58,589 nt of DNA from a virus (IMGVR_UViG_3300005326_000010:1-58589); one strand, 5' to 3'. Numbered from the stretch's first letter, positions 46,097 to 55,906 are shown. The notes: generated from the sequence alone by a model not told the origin. Program-made: numbers and translations.

Positions 46097-47239
46097 TTAC
46101 ATATAATCGCGATCGTCGTTGTGTTGGTAATTATGGGAAATACTCGTCGAGTCCGAAGTGCTCTCCGTTACAGACAAGGACGCTCCAAGCGAGGCGGAAG
46201 CGGATACGGACGTTGCCATGGCGGCGCAGATTTGAGCGGCGAGAGTGGCGAGGGATTTTAATCCCTCCATCCGGAGCGCCAGGTAGTTCTTGACCTGCTC
46301 TATTTTGTTGGCGTCTGTCCTGAAAAATGCCTCACTTTCACCAACCGCAGCCTTTATGTCACTTTCGTACTTTTTTGTGCTCGCGTCAAGTTCTTTCGCA
46401 CCAACCTCGACATCTGCCAGATATCCGTCCATCTGCGTCTTGAAAATTGTCGCTTGGGCGTTGGCCTTGGCGGCAAGGGCGTTATAGACCTCTGCCATTA
46501 CTTTAACTCTGGTCATCTCTGCTTCGAAAGTACGAATAATGATGTCCGGCTCAACCTTCGCCGCCTCCAGCGCTCTCGCTTGGTCAGCGGTGTGTTTGGT
46601 CTGAGTAACATTTTCCAACTCTGTCCCGGTCTTTAGATAGACTTCCTGCTGTTGCCGAGCCAGCTCAGCCATCTTCGTCGCGGTGTCGTAGGAAACCGTC
46701 TGCTCCTTCTGGAGATGCTCGGTGTGAACCGCAAGAAGCGAGGCGGCGAGGGCGCCATCCGGGAGGCCGAGATCGCCTGCAGTATCCTCCGACCAGGTGG
46801 TCATCATCGCATCAAGGGCATCCTGCCGTGCCTGCTCCCGCCGGAGCCGGTCGCGCTCGAAGATCGCGGTTTCAACACCCGGTCCGAGGCCGGTGCCGCC
46901 GTTCACCACCCCGTCGATCAGCTCCGCTCGCAGGTATTCCCTGAGTTCCGAGACGTAGGGCGAATCGAAATAGCTGAACCCAGGGATCGGGGCGGTAATG
47001 TCTGGTACCACCAGGTCGGGGAAGGAGAGCGTCGGGGCGACCGGCTTCTCGCCAGTGGCGAGGATGTACCTGACGAACTCCGGCATGTTGAATTCGGGGG
47101 TGATCTCGGTCGGAGCGAGGCCGGTCAGGAACTCCTGAATCGCCTGAAGCTGTTCCTTCGTCGTGGCATAGGAGTCGGCGACTTTGGCGAACGAGTCGTT
47201 GAACTTGGCTTCTACGAGCGGGTTATATACGGTTCCCAT
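46097..47239 (-). CDS. Helical virion structural protein
   Basis: Ala-rich coiled coil within the tail/ejection cluster. Confidence 0.65.
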   Translation of the reverse strand: MGTVYNPLVEAKFNDSFAKVADSYATTKEQLQAIQEFLTGLAPTEITPEFNMPEFVRYILATGEKPVAPTLSFPDLVVPDITAPIPGFSYFDSPYVSELREYLRAELIDGVVNGGTGLGPGVETAIFERDRLRREQARQDALDAMMTTWSEDTAGDLGLPDGALAASLLAVHTEHLQKEQTVSYDTATKMAELARQQQEVYLKTGTELENVTQTKHTADQARALEAAKVEPDIIIRTFEAEMTRVKVMAEVYNALAAKANAQATIFKTQMDGYLADVEVGAKELDASTKKYESDIKAAVGESEAFFRTDANKIEQVKNYLALRMEGLKSLATLAAQICAAMATSVSASASLGASLSVTESTSDSTSISHNYQHNDDRDYM

Positions 47240-47242
47240 GAA

Positions 47243-48685
47243 TTACTCCTGTTCTATCCTGGTTACAGTCTTTCCAGTCGCTATGCCCCACAGGTAATTG
47301 TAGGTAACGTCCGTTTCAATCTGCGTCCACAGAATCTCGCCGGTTTTCTTGTCGAACGCCTGCTTGATAGGCTTGCGCCCTGAAGACTCTTTTTTGAACC
47401 CGGAGACGTAGACGTTCTTGTCGTCAATCGCTATATCAGTGAGGAACGGGCCGACATCGTACCCTGCCCCGTCGTCATATACTACCGACCATAATTCCTC
47501 GCCACCTTTGTCCAGCCCTTTTACTTCATAGCCGTGGTAATCAAACGACCCTGTTTTGGGTAATTGTCCTACGGTGTAAACCCCAGCTTTATCCGCTGCA
47601 ACTCCCTTGTCGATGGTGAGGAAATCATCGACAACGAAATCGTAGGTAACGGAGAGCGCGAAATTATCCGCTCCTGCCGGGTCTTGGTCCAAAGTCTTTA
47701 TCCAGCGGTCCGTCATCGTGACGACGTTCCGCGGACCGCTCTTTTCAGGGTCTCGAACCGCGACCGCTATCTCGTACATGGACGCCCGAGGGAAGGGGCT
47801 TGTGTAGAGGGTGTCGGTCGCGGTAGACTCGACATCGCCAGTTGTTTTGTCAATGGTAAGGACTCGACCCTGCTGGTACTGCGGTGAAGATCCCCACAGT
47901 GCGTACGCCGTCACATATAGCGCTCCTTTATCCACCGCGCAGGCAACCGCCCGGTCATAGGTGCCGAGCTTCGGGTAAAGCTTCTGCCAGATCAACGACC
48001 CATCACCCAAGCTGCGTTTCTCGACCTGTACGAATGAGCCATTGTAGACTCCGCCGAAGCCTTTGCCAATGACGTAAAGGGCTTTGTCATCGACTGCTAT
48101 GTCTATTGCCTCGCCGCTGGAGTCCTCAATAATCCATTTCTGCGTACCGTTTTTGCCGCGTTTCTCTATCGTCCAACCGAACTCATCGAAATAACCGTCG
48201 TCGATCGTGTACTTGAACGACCTGCCTACGGTAAAGACGTTCGCGTCCTTGTCTACTGCCGACTTGTACGCGGAGTAATACGTTCCGGTGACATTGAGGT
48301 ACTCATCCCACTTTGTTGTGCCGTCTTGCTTCACCTTATTGACTCGCCACTTATTGCTGTTCGAGGTCTGCCCGTAACCGCAGAATACCGTGTGCCACGT
48401 CGTGAGTTCGATCACGGAGCCTTTCTTCCGTTTTTCAGGTGGTCGGTAAATGTTCACGTAATCCTTGCCGTCTGCCGACCATGCGGTCATCACCGTACCG
48501 TCTTGGAACGCGCGGTCTTTCAGCGCATAGAAGCCGGTCTTGTTCAGGTTCCGGAGTTGGTAGAGCATCAGGTTCGCATCGCCGAGATGTGCCTTGCACA
48601 CCTCCTTGTCGCCCGCTACGGTGATTCTTGCGTTGAACATCGAGAATGTTGCCATAATAATCACCATCCAGATCAATCGACTCAT
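47243..48685 (-). CDS. Beta-propeller-like tail protein (start 48685 or 48654)
   Basis: Repeated (I/C)AVD...(L/V)YV.G and G...W blade motifs. Confidence 0.65.
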   Translation of the reverse strand: MSRLIWMVIIMATFSMFNARITVAGDKEVCKAHLGDANLMLYQLRNLNKTGFYALKDRAFQDGTVMTAWSADGKDYVNIYRPPEKRKKGSVIELTTWHTVFCGYGQTSNSNKWRVNKVKQDGTTKWDEYLNVTGTYYSAYKSAVDKDANVFTVGRSFKYTIDDGYFDEFGWTIEKRGKNGTQKWIIEDSSGEAIDIAVDDKALYVIGKGFGGVYNGSFVQVEKRSLGDGSLIWQKLYPKLGTYDRAVACAVDKGALYVTAYALWGSSPQYQQGRVLTIDKTTGDVESTATDTLYTSPFPRASMYEIAVAVRDPEKSGPRNVVTMTDRWIKTLDQDPAGADNFALSVTYDFVVDDFLTIDKGVAADKAGVYTVGQLPKTGSFDYHGYEVKGLDKGGEELWSVVYDDGAGYDVGPFLTDIAIDDKNVYVSGFKKESSGRKPIKQAFDKKTGEILWTQIETDVTYNYLWGIATGKTVTRIEQE

Positions 48686-49575
48686 TACCGTTTCCTCGAC
48701 AGCCCTGCGAGTAGCAGGACTAGTTCCTGAAGCTCCAAAGACCCCCCAGCGACGTTCGCCAGACGGTAGCGCCATCTGCGTCCCTCGGCACCTTTCCCTG
48801 GTCGGAAGCGGTGTTGCTGTAGGACGCTCGAAGCGGCTCCGATCGAGGGGTAGGTGTACCCCGCGCCATCATCTTCATAGAGCGTGAGCGCAAGAGTCGC
48901 ATCTGTCCGGGCGAGGGCATGGGCGTCGAGGATCTTCGACTGCTGCCCTTTGGCGTACTCGACATCACCAGAGTCGAGATAGGCGGAGATCGACGTTCCG
49001 TTGTCATTCGACCCTGAAAGAAGATAGATGCCTGTCGAATTTACCCCGTAGTAATTTCCGCCATCCTCGAAGAACGAGTCGAAGGCGAAGTTGGAATACT
49101 CCGTCACACCGCGAAGCGATGGATTCACCGAGAAGGTATTGAACGCGCCGAGAACAGTAATGCTCCCGGCAAGGTCGGTCATCACCCCGGAGATCGCGCC
49201 GAGAGGAACGACACCAGCGACGATGTTCCCGGAAAGGTCGGTCATTACCCCGGAGATGAGTGCAAGCTTCTGCGTCGAGGCGACCACCGTGCCGGAAAGA
49301 TCGCGCATTGCCCCAGATAGAACGACCTTGTTACCGGAGACGGCGATGATCTCACCGTCGAGGTCGGAGAGAACGCCCGAAACGCGGCCAATCCGCCCGG
49401 AATAGGCGGTGATCGCACCCTCCAAGTCAGACAGTTCGCCCCTGATCTCGTCCCACTTCTGCGAGCCGGTGATCTGTGTAGTGCCGCTTGAGAGGTCAGC
49501 CAAGACCCCGCCGACCGTTGCTACCCCGACTTCAGAGTAGAGGTCGGCGAGTATTCCAGCAATGGAGTTCGCCAT
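48685..49575 (-). CDS. Tail protein with ~22-aa N-terminal repeats
   Basis: Seven G-x-(L/M)-x-DL-x-G-type repeats; C-domain YSNFAFDS...GIYLLSG. Confidence 0.65.
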   Translation of the reverse strand: MANSIAGILADLYSEVGVATVGGVLADLSSGTTQITGSQKWDEIRGELSDLEGAITAYSGRIGRVSGVLSDLDGEIIAVSGNKVVLSGAMRDLSGTVVASTQKLALISGVMTDLSGNIVAGVVPLGAISGVMTDLAGSITVLGAFNTFSVNPSLRGVTEYSNFAFDSFFEDGGNYYGVNSTGIYLLSGSNDNGTSISAYLDSGDVEYAKGQQSKILDAHALARTDATLALTLYEDDGAGYTYPSIGAASSVLQQHRFRPGKGAEGRRWRYRLANVAGGSLELQELVLLLAGLSRKR

Positions 49576-49584
49576 AATACCTTC

Positions 49585-50367
49585 TTAGGCCGCGGCCTGA
49601 GAGATCGCTACGCTGTCGATGGTTGTGGTTGCGCCGGCGGCGAGGCTGGTGGAACTCATCGTCATGACCGTCCCGGCGGTGGCGATGTCCATATCGACCC
49701 TGATCAGCGTCGTGGATGCTCCGCCTGCGTCAGCGATCGAGCCGACGAACCGCGCCCAGCCTGCGGTACCTGTTGCAGCGTTCACACCAGACCAAACGCC
49801 CTCTTTCGTGATCTCGCCGGAAGCGGTCGTACCCCACTGAATGCCGTTCGCCGGATCGACACCGGAGGCCATGTTCGCCGGGGTGTTAGTGATCGTGGTC
49901 GAGGTGCAGGCAACGACATGGCCGTTTACCGAGTCGCCGAGGCCGGGGGCGGGCTTCAGGGTAATGATCGCTCCGGCGGAGGTCGCCACATAGCCGTGCC
50001 AGTGCGTACCTTTATTGATCTGCGTCGCGGTATCGGCAGCGGTCTGGGTTAGCGAAGCGTTGAAGGAGACCGGCACGGCGGCGGAGAACTGGTTTGGCGA
50101 GAGCATCTGCACGGAGTTGACGGTGATCGAGTCAACGGTACCTGCGGCACCTCCGGTCAGGGTGACGGTTCCGGAGGCCAAGACCTCGGCGGTTCGCGCC
50201 CCGGACGCCTGGGTGATGGTGCAGAGGAGCGTTCCGGACGGTGCGGTGTCGGCGGTTGCCGGCTGAGTTCCGGAGTAGATGAGCAAAGCGCCATTTTGTA
50301 GTGCTCGCTGAAACGAGCCGTCTCGCATCCTGAAAGTTCTGTAGCCTGTTGAGTATCTGAATCCCAT
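49585..50367 (-). CDS. Tail/virion structural protein
   Basis: LIYSGTQPATAD...GTAGWARF pattern seen in phage tail proteins. Confidence 0.7.
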   Translation of the reverse strand: MGFRYSTGYRTFRMRDGSFQRALQNGALLIYSGTQPATADTAPSGTLLCTITQASGARTAEVLASGTVTLTGGAAGTVDSITVNSVQMLSPNQFSAAVPVSFNASLTQTAADTATQINKGTHWHGYVATSAGAIITLKPAPGLGDSVNGHVVACTSTTITNTPANMASGVDPANGIQWGTTASGEITKEGVWSGVNAATGTAGWARFVGSIADAGGASTTLIRVDMDIATAGTVMTMSSTSLAAGATTTIDSVAISQAAA

Positions 50368-50379
50368 AATCTTTCTCCT

Positions 50380-50958
50380 TTACGCTGTCGGTATATTGTT
50401 CCAAGAAACTCTTTTTTCTGAACTACGCGGTACTGAACCCCACGCAGTGCTCTGAGATGTCGCTGCTGGTACATCGCTCCAGAGCATCGTCCTGACTTGC
50501 GGGTCCGGTGGAGGTACGTCGGGCGGGTAGACAATATTAAAACCGGTCAGACCACTAACACTGAAAACAGGTTGCAGGGTAAAATGCAGTTCTCCGAACC
50601 ACCCTTCTCCCGCAGAAGTCGCGTTCAGCTCCGCGAGGCTGAACGTCGGTGCAACGATAAAGCCCAGACCGGCAAATGCGCCTTGCTGAAGGCCGGCAAG
50701 GTCTCCGAGCGCGAAAGTCGGAGCGACGGTGAACCCTAAAGCGGCGAACAGCCCGACCTGATTCGCGGACAAAGCTGAAACACTGAACGTCAGGGCAACA
50801 CTGGTTGTCAGAGAACTAAAAGCACCTACCTGGACACCAGCAAGACCAGACACCGCAAACGTCGGGCTAACTGCGAACGATAGTGCGGCGAAGGCCGGGG
50901 CGGCTGCGCCTCCGAGACTCGCTAGTGGTGTTTCTGCTATCGCCAAGTGTCCGAGCAT
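50380..50958 (-). CDS. Hydrophobic repeat structural protein
   Basis: MLG..AIAE.PLA start; five ~24-aa repeats. Confidence 0.6.
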   Translation of the reverse strand: MLGHLAIAETPLASLGGAAAPAFAALSFAVSPTFAVSGLAGVQVGAFSSLTTSVALTFSVSALSANQVGLFAALGFTVAPTFALGDLAGLQQGAFAGLGFIVAPTFSLAELNATSAGEGWFGELHFTLQPVFSVSGLTGFNIVYPPDVPPPDPQVRTMLWSDVPAATSQSTAWGSVPRSSEKRVSWNNIPTA

Positions 50959-50962
50959 ATAC

Positions 50963-51751
50963 TTACCCTATAAATCTACAAACAAAGTCCGCGTAGTAAT
51001 ACATATTTCCAGGAGAACCTGTCTTTGTTGCATTCACAAAAAACTGTATGTCACCCGCAGTTACTACTGAGTCAGCAGAAACGTCATGCCTCGCCCATAC
51101 ATTTGCCGTGTCAGATTGGGTGTTGAAAGAACTACCCACATTATGTGTGGTAAGATCGACAGCCCTTGTACATGGTTGTAATGTCCAGTAATTCGACGCA
51201 TTTGATGTGCCTGCAATTAGTGTTATTAGCTGTACTTCTACTACATATAGACCGTTTGCCCCGTGATGAAGCATCGCTGATGACTTGCCAAGCCCTGTTG
51301 CACTCATAGGGAAGAAAGCCTCTAACAAACCAAGTCTTGAAATAATCATCTGGAGACTCAGCCACCGAGTCCCATCATAATAATATTCAATGCCCCTGTC
51401 AGTCCTAAAGCGCCGTTCTCCTGTAACGGGTGAAGACGGGAAACTTGTTCCAGAAGTGTCAAGTCCCCTTGCCGCAACCGTCAAGAAAACGTCCTTCGTT
51501 CCTGCGCTGAAATTGACGGCATTATTCGAATTTGAACTGGAAAGCACTGTTGTGCGAGTCAGCGTATTCGCCGCCGAGTATGTTCCTAAACCTACTTCCC
51601 ATTCTGAACCGACGCTAATGCAGTAGTAGCAAGTATCATTGGTCGAAAGCACTGAAGCGAAGGTGCGGAATCCGGTAGCCGCTCCGGCAAGAGTGAAGTC
51701 TCCTGTTCCGGTTGTTGTCGCGGTTTCTTTTACGCGGTCAAAGTATTTCAT
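50963..51751 (-). CDS. Tail fibre/spike protein
   Basis: DRVKETATTTGTG...WEVGLGT...NFSAGTKDVF anchor domain; YYDGTRW hinge; AT-richer C-terminal domain. Confidence 0.75.
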   Translation of the reverse strand: MKYFDRVKETATTTGTGDFTLAGAATGFRTFASVLSTNDTCYYCISVGSEWEVGLGTYSAANTLTRTTVLSSSNSNNAVNFSAGTKDVFLTVAARGLDTSGTSFPSSPVTGERRFRTDRGIEYYYDGTRWLSLQMIISRLGLLEAFFPMSATGLGKSSAMLHHGANGLYVVEVQLITLIAGTSNASNYWTLQPCTRAVDLTTHNVGSSFNTQSDTANVWARHDVSADSVVTAGDIQFFVNATKTGSPGNMYYYADFVCRFIG

Positions 51752-52170
51752 CAGAATTGCACCGGATTCGCCATCGGCCATGTCATCGTCTGGCCGTCTG
51801 TCGCGGTTTGGGGCGCAGCGGAGGCGTCTTTCACACTTACCAGCTTCGCGCCGGTCATGGTGTTGGTGGTGTTGCACCAGAGGGCGGCGTAGGATGCGGG
51901 GCCGATGGACCCCCCGGAGGCAGTCCAGACCGCATCAGCGAGATCGACGTTGTAGGTCGAAACCACGGTCCCGGTACTGAGTGCTACCCCTCCTTGCGTA
52001 TAACCCGCACCAGTAGCCAGTTCGCCAGCCATCCCGGCACCTGTCCAGGCATCGGTCGAAGCCGCGAGCACCGAGCCGCCGGTATCGTGGAGGGTAGCGA
52101 AAAAGTAAAGAGCGGCGGTGCGCGTCGCTGATAGAGCCCTGAATCCGGCTGCGTTGGATATATCGGCCAT
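51751..52170 (-). CDS. Tail structural protein
   Basis: ELATGAGYTQGG...DAVWTASGGSIG pattern. Confidence 0.7.
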   Translation of the reverse strand: MADISNAAGFRALSATRTAALYFFATLHDTGGSVLAASTDAWTGAGMAGELATGAGYTQGGVALSTGTVVSTYNVDLADAVWTASGGSIGPASYAALWCNTTNTMTGAKLVSVKDASAAPQTATDGQTMTWPMANPVQF

Positions 52171-52180
52171 GATTTACCTC

Positions 52181-53083
52181 TTATCTGTACGAAGTTATTA
52201 AATGAATCTGCCCCGCGACATCGCGGACGAACGAGGCCCCAAAGGAGCCTTGCGGCAGCACGAACCGCTCGGAAGTAAGGTTTAAGGGTTGTCCGGGTAG
52301 CCCGTAGCAGATGCCGTCCTCAGTCGCGAAAATCGGATAAACACCTTCAGAGTTCACACCGCTGACCAGCGAAGCGTCAAGATACGCCGGAGGGATGTTG
52401 AACACGCCGAAGTCGGAGACCTTGGTGAAGGGCATCTTCAGCGGGTTGCCACCGGGCGCGTAGTAGAGCGCCTTTTCCGTGCCGACGTAGATACCTTCCG
52501 GGCCGGGGGCGATCAGGGTAATCCGGTCGGGGAACTGTTTGAACCCGTAGCGAAGATCGACCCGTGAGAGTGGTTTTACGTCCGAGATCCAGAGAACCAT
52601 GTCAGACCCTACGTAGACCCGCGCCTTGTGGTGCGCTATTGTTTGCCCCGCCGGAAGCTGACCTTTAAACGGTACCGAGGTAAGGCTGTAGATTGCCGCC
52701 ACGCCGTTCACCACCTCGCCGATCACGACGCTGTTCGTAAAAAAAATTCTCCCGGCTGCGGCGAAGTAGCGCATAGGCTGATCAGACCCGACCGGGAGCA
52801 GGGCGAAACTGGTTTTGTCGGCAGGATGGAAGCGGTACAGGATGCTGTTCCGGACGTAGAGGCAGACCCCGCCGTAGGCGAAACCGCTGTGTGCTCCGGA
52901 GAGGGTTTGGAAGAGGGTGTAGCCGGGACGAAGCGAAGGCTTGCCGGAGTCGTCGAGATCGACGTTTCTCGCAGCGGAGAGATCCACAAGAGGGTCATCA
53001 CGAGTGGGTAGCCCCTTGATCCGGTCACGACCGAGTTTATTGTTGATACCGTGGTATCCGGTTAGCGTGACTTCCTGGGTCAT
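52181..53083 (-). CDS. Tail tube/nozzle-like protein
   Basis: GINN...ARNVDLDDSG...RPGY; follows the adaptor gene. Confidence 0.65.
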   Translation of the reverse strand: MTQEVTLTGYHGINNKLGRDRIKGLPTRDDPLVDLSAARNVDLDDSGKPSLRPGYTLFQTLSGAHSGFAYGGVCLYVRNSILYRFHPADKTSFALLPVGSDQPMRYFAAAGRIFFTNSVVIGEVVNGVAAIYSLTSVPFKGQLPAGQTIAHHKARVYVGSDMVLWISDVKPLSRVDLRYGFKQFPDRITLIAPGPEGIYVGTEKALYYAPGGNPLKMPFTKVSDFGVFNIPPAYLDASLVSGVNSEGVYPIFATEDGICYGLPGQPLNLTSERFVLPQGSFGASFVRDVAGQIHLITSYR

Positions 53084-53099
53084 GTCTACCTCGTTCTCG

Positions 53100-54050
53100 T
53101 TAGACTATATACAAAGGGTTGGGTACCACCGAGGGGCTGCCTCCGCAGAGGCGGCGGTAGGCGCGTTTGCCCTCACTCTTCAACAACTGATAATTGCCTA
53201 GATGCTCGGCAGCCTTCTTTGGATTGAACAGTTCGGAGTCGTGATCCCCTAGTGCCTTGTAGGCCGCCCACTCGACAGGTGCGAAGTGGAAATCGTCGGG
53301 GATCTCGAACTCCACCGAATAATTGTCAGCCGCCGTAGCCGTGGTCGTCGCTCCCGCGCCTGAGATCGCTACGGTTGTCACGGTGGATACCGCACGGTCG
53401 CTGGATGCAATCGAAATCACCTGCCCGGAAGCTGACGATGCGAAGGACGCCGAGGCGTCGATGACTGCTGCGAGCGCGGTAGCGACCGCCGAAAGCGAAA
53501 GATCGCCCGCAAGGGTCGTGTACGAGAACGCCGTACCGTTGACCGTCGCTGTTACCACGTCGCCGATATGAAGGACGCCGGCGAGGGTTACGGTACTGGT
53601 CTTTCTTGTCAGGGGAGAACGGCTCTTTCGCCAGACCCGGAGGGTCAGAGCATAGACCGCATCCGGTTCCGGATAGAGGGTGATGATCCCGGTTTCTTGA
53701 TCTAGCTGCCATGCGACTGGCATTCCGGGTGTCTGGGTGCCGAGTTCTGGGAACTCCGAGGTGGTGTCGAGAATTGATTGCCGCTCCGACTGGAAGAACT
53801 TCGACAGACGGAAATCGCCGTACCAGACTTCTTTTATCTCGATGACCCGAGGGTCGATTGCGTAGCCGGTCGTGCCGGCTACCGTCGTCAGGCTGAAGTT
53901 CGTGTTGTCGGTAAAGAACCCGGTGTCCTTGCAGAACTGATCCTGTCCGAGCGACAAGAACCGCATCAGGCGCAGGTCGCTCCAGCCGTAGGGTTCCACC
54001 CTGTCCGCGAGGATGTGTCTCAGTTCTTCAAGGGCTTCGGTTCGGAGCAT
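53100..54050 (-). CDS. Head-tail adaptor with inserted domain
   Basis: PYGWSD, LYPEPD, EIPDDFH...WAAYKA motifs. Confidence 0.72.
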   Translation of the reverse strand: MLRTEALEELRHILADRVEPYGWSDLRLMRFLSLGQDQFCKDTGFFTDNTNFSLTTVAGTTGYAIDPRVIEIKEVWYGDFRLSKFFQSERQSILDTTSEFPELGTQTPGMPVAWQLDQETGIITLYPEPDAVYALTLRVWRKSRSPLTRKTSTVTLAGVLHIGDVVTATVNGTAFSYTTLAGDLSLSAVATALAAVIDASASFASSASGQVISIASSDRAVSTVTTVAISGAGATTTATAADNYSVEFEIPDDFHFAPVEWAAYKALGDHDSELFNPKKAAEHLGNYQLLKSEGKRAYRRLCGGSPSVVPNPLYIV

Positions 54051-54051
54051 G

Positions 54052-54417
54052 TTATTTCCTCGTCGTGTAGGGCCCGTCAGTCACCTGGAAAGGGATCGCC
54101 GGATACGGTACCCATTCGTCATACTCAGAGCCGTCATCGCGCTTGCGCTTTACCTGGCGGGCACTGATACAGGTTCGGAGGTTCTTGATAAAGGCTTCCG
54201 GGATGTTCGGCACATCCTCGCCGCGCTGGATCTGAAGGACTTCGCCGTTTACCCCAACGACCTCATACTCCGGCAAGTGCTCGACGAAGGCGATATTGAT
54301 TGTGTAATACGGCGGTGCATATTCGATCTTACCCTTATAGGTCTTCGGAGCTTCTGGCGCTTTTGCGTTCTCTGCGGGTTCAAGGTCAAGGCCGAGGTCT
54401 AAATCTGTGCCACTCAT
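54052..54417 (-). CDS. Conserved head-module protein
   Basis: VGVNG..LQIQRGEDV..P pattern found next to N4-gp56-type capsids. Confidence 0.65.
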   Translation of the reverse strand: MSGTDLDLGLDLEPAENAKAPEAPKTYKGKIEYAPPYYTINIAFVEHLPEYEVVGVNGEVLQIQRGEDVPNIPEAFIKNLRTCISARQVKRKRDDGSEYDEWVPYPAIPFQVTDGPYTTRK

Positions 54418-54489
54418 CGAGAAACCTCCTAATTAAATTGTGGTGTTATTCTGGCAGACAGTATCATTAATTTTGACGTAGTGCAAGTA

Positions 54490-54771
54490 TCAATCTTTAT
54501 CTTCTTTTTCCATCTCACCAGCAGCTTCGTCGAATGCGGAATCGAACTCTTTTTCATCAGAGTACTTCTCATCTAGGAGAGGCATCAGCTTGCCGATCAG
54601 AACCGCTACCTCTGCGGCATCCTTGGCGACGTACTGCTTCTCCCGGGAGCCTGGGTAGGCGCAACAAATTTCTTCGCCTTTTTTCTTCTCTTTCGGCTTG
54701 AACGGCACGCAGCATTCAACGACAAACCCATTAGAAGCGCGGCCCACGGAGATCATTTTGCTCATATACAT
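54490..54771 (-). CDS. Hypothetical protein
   Basis: AGGAGG RBS; C-terminal EFDSAFDE. Confidence 0.65.
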   Translation of the reverse strand: MYMSKMISVGRASNGFVVECCVPFKPKEKKKGEEICCAYPGSREKQYVAKDAAEVAVLIGKLMPLLDEKYSDEKEFDSAFDEAAGEMEKEDKD

Positions 54772-54789
54772 ATGGAAGTCCTCCTACCT

Positions 54790-54819
54790 AAAAAGCCCCT
54801 CGGATTTTGTCCGAGGGGC
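54790..54819 (-). terminator. Intrinsic terminator after the capsid/decoration genes
   Basis: gcccctcgga/tccgaggggc stem with U-tract on minus strand. Confidence 0.8.
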
Positions 54820-54840
54820 GACGTTCGAGGATGTATGCTG

Positions 54841-55431
54841 TTAGGCGATGGTTTCCAGCGCTGCAGGAGCGGAGGCGGTGAGGGCGACCGGCGCGGTCTG
54901 TAGTCCAACCGTGTCTACATAGACGGTGGTGACGCTCGCGGCGTCAAGGGCGGTAGTGCCGCCGACGAAGTTGGAGCCGGTGGCGTTGCTGACGATGATG
55001 AAGCCGAGTTGTACCTTATCCGCCGGGATAGCAGGCATCAGGGCGAAGGCTGCGGCGGCGGTGGCTGCGTCAGCGGTTTTCGCCGAAGTGGTAATCGTAC
55101 CCGCCGAGTCCATGTAGAAGGCCCAGAGGGCAGACTTGGCGGTCGCCAAGGTGCCGACCAAGGCGCTGAAGTCACCAGCGACCTTGTAGACGAGCGTTCC
55201 GCCGACGTTGGCGAGAACCGGTTTGGTCGAGGCGGCGGTGGTCTTGCCGCCGGAGCCGATCCCAATGACCGGAGGTGAGAGGACGGCGAGGTTCGAGCGG
55301 GTGCGGATCGCGGTGATGTCCACGACGATTGCGGCGATCTTGGCTTTCAGAGCGGTCAGGTCGTTAAGGATCGCCTTGCCGAGACCGGCGATGTCGAGGT
55401 TCGCTGCTGCGGAGAGTACACTTTTACTCAT
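54841..55431 (-). CDS. Capsid decoration-like protein 2
   Basis: Ala/Thr-rich; FVGGTTAL...TVYVD shared with neighbour. Confidence 0.6.
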   Translation of the reverse strand: MSKSVLSAAANLDIAGLGKAILNDLTALKAKIAAIVVDITAIRTRSNLAVLSPPVIGIGSGGKTTAASTKPVLANVGGTLVYKVAGDFSALVGTLATAKSALWAFYMDSAGTITTSAKTADAATAAAAFALMPAIPADKVQLGFIIVSNATGSNFVGGTTALDAASVTTVYVDTVGLQTAPVALTASAPAALETIA

Positions 55432-55445
55432 GGTGTACCTCCTTT

Positions 55446-55895
55446 TTAGGCGCCGATGCCGGTTGCCGGGATGATGGACAGGTCAGTATAGGTGACGGTG
55501 CCGATGTTGCCGCCGGTCAGGGCGGTAGTGCCGGGGGTAAAAGCGCCGCCGGAACCCATGACGATTTTTACTTCCGCCAGAGGGCAAACCGTATCGGCAG
55601 GCTCAGTAGGGTAGCCGGTTGCTGTACCCTGAACAACGGAGGCTGCGCCTGCGGCATCAATGCAAAGCAGGAAACGACCAGTGCCGGAGGCTGGGATCAC
55701 CGTTCCAGAGAGAACCCAGAAGTCGTCCGTAGCGGCCTTGGTATACATCTTTCCGCCGATGCAGTACTGCGCGACGGCGGTGGTCTTAATCTTCGCGGTA
55801 TTCGAGCCGATCGCGGAAACGACGGTGGTGAAGCACCGGGTTCCCATCAGTTTGCGGATACCCGCATCAACTACTTGTTTCAGATCGATAGCCAT
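55446..55895 (-). CDS. Capsid decoration-like protein 1
   Basis: FTPGTTAL...VTYTD; downstream of MCP. Confidence 0.6.
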   Translation of the reverse strand: MAIDLKQVVDAGIRKLMGTRCFTTVVSAIGSNTAKIKTTAVAQYCIGGKMYTKAATDDFWVLSGTVIPASGTGRFLLCIDAAGAASVVQGTATGYPTEPADTVCPLAEVKIVMGSGGAFTPGTTALTGGNIGTVTYTDLSIIPATGIGA

Positions 55896-55906
55896 AGTTG
55901 GCCTCC

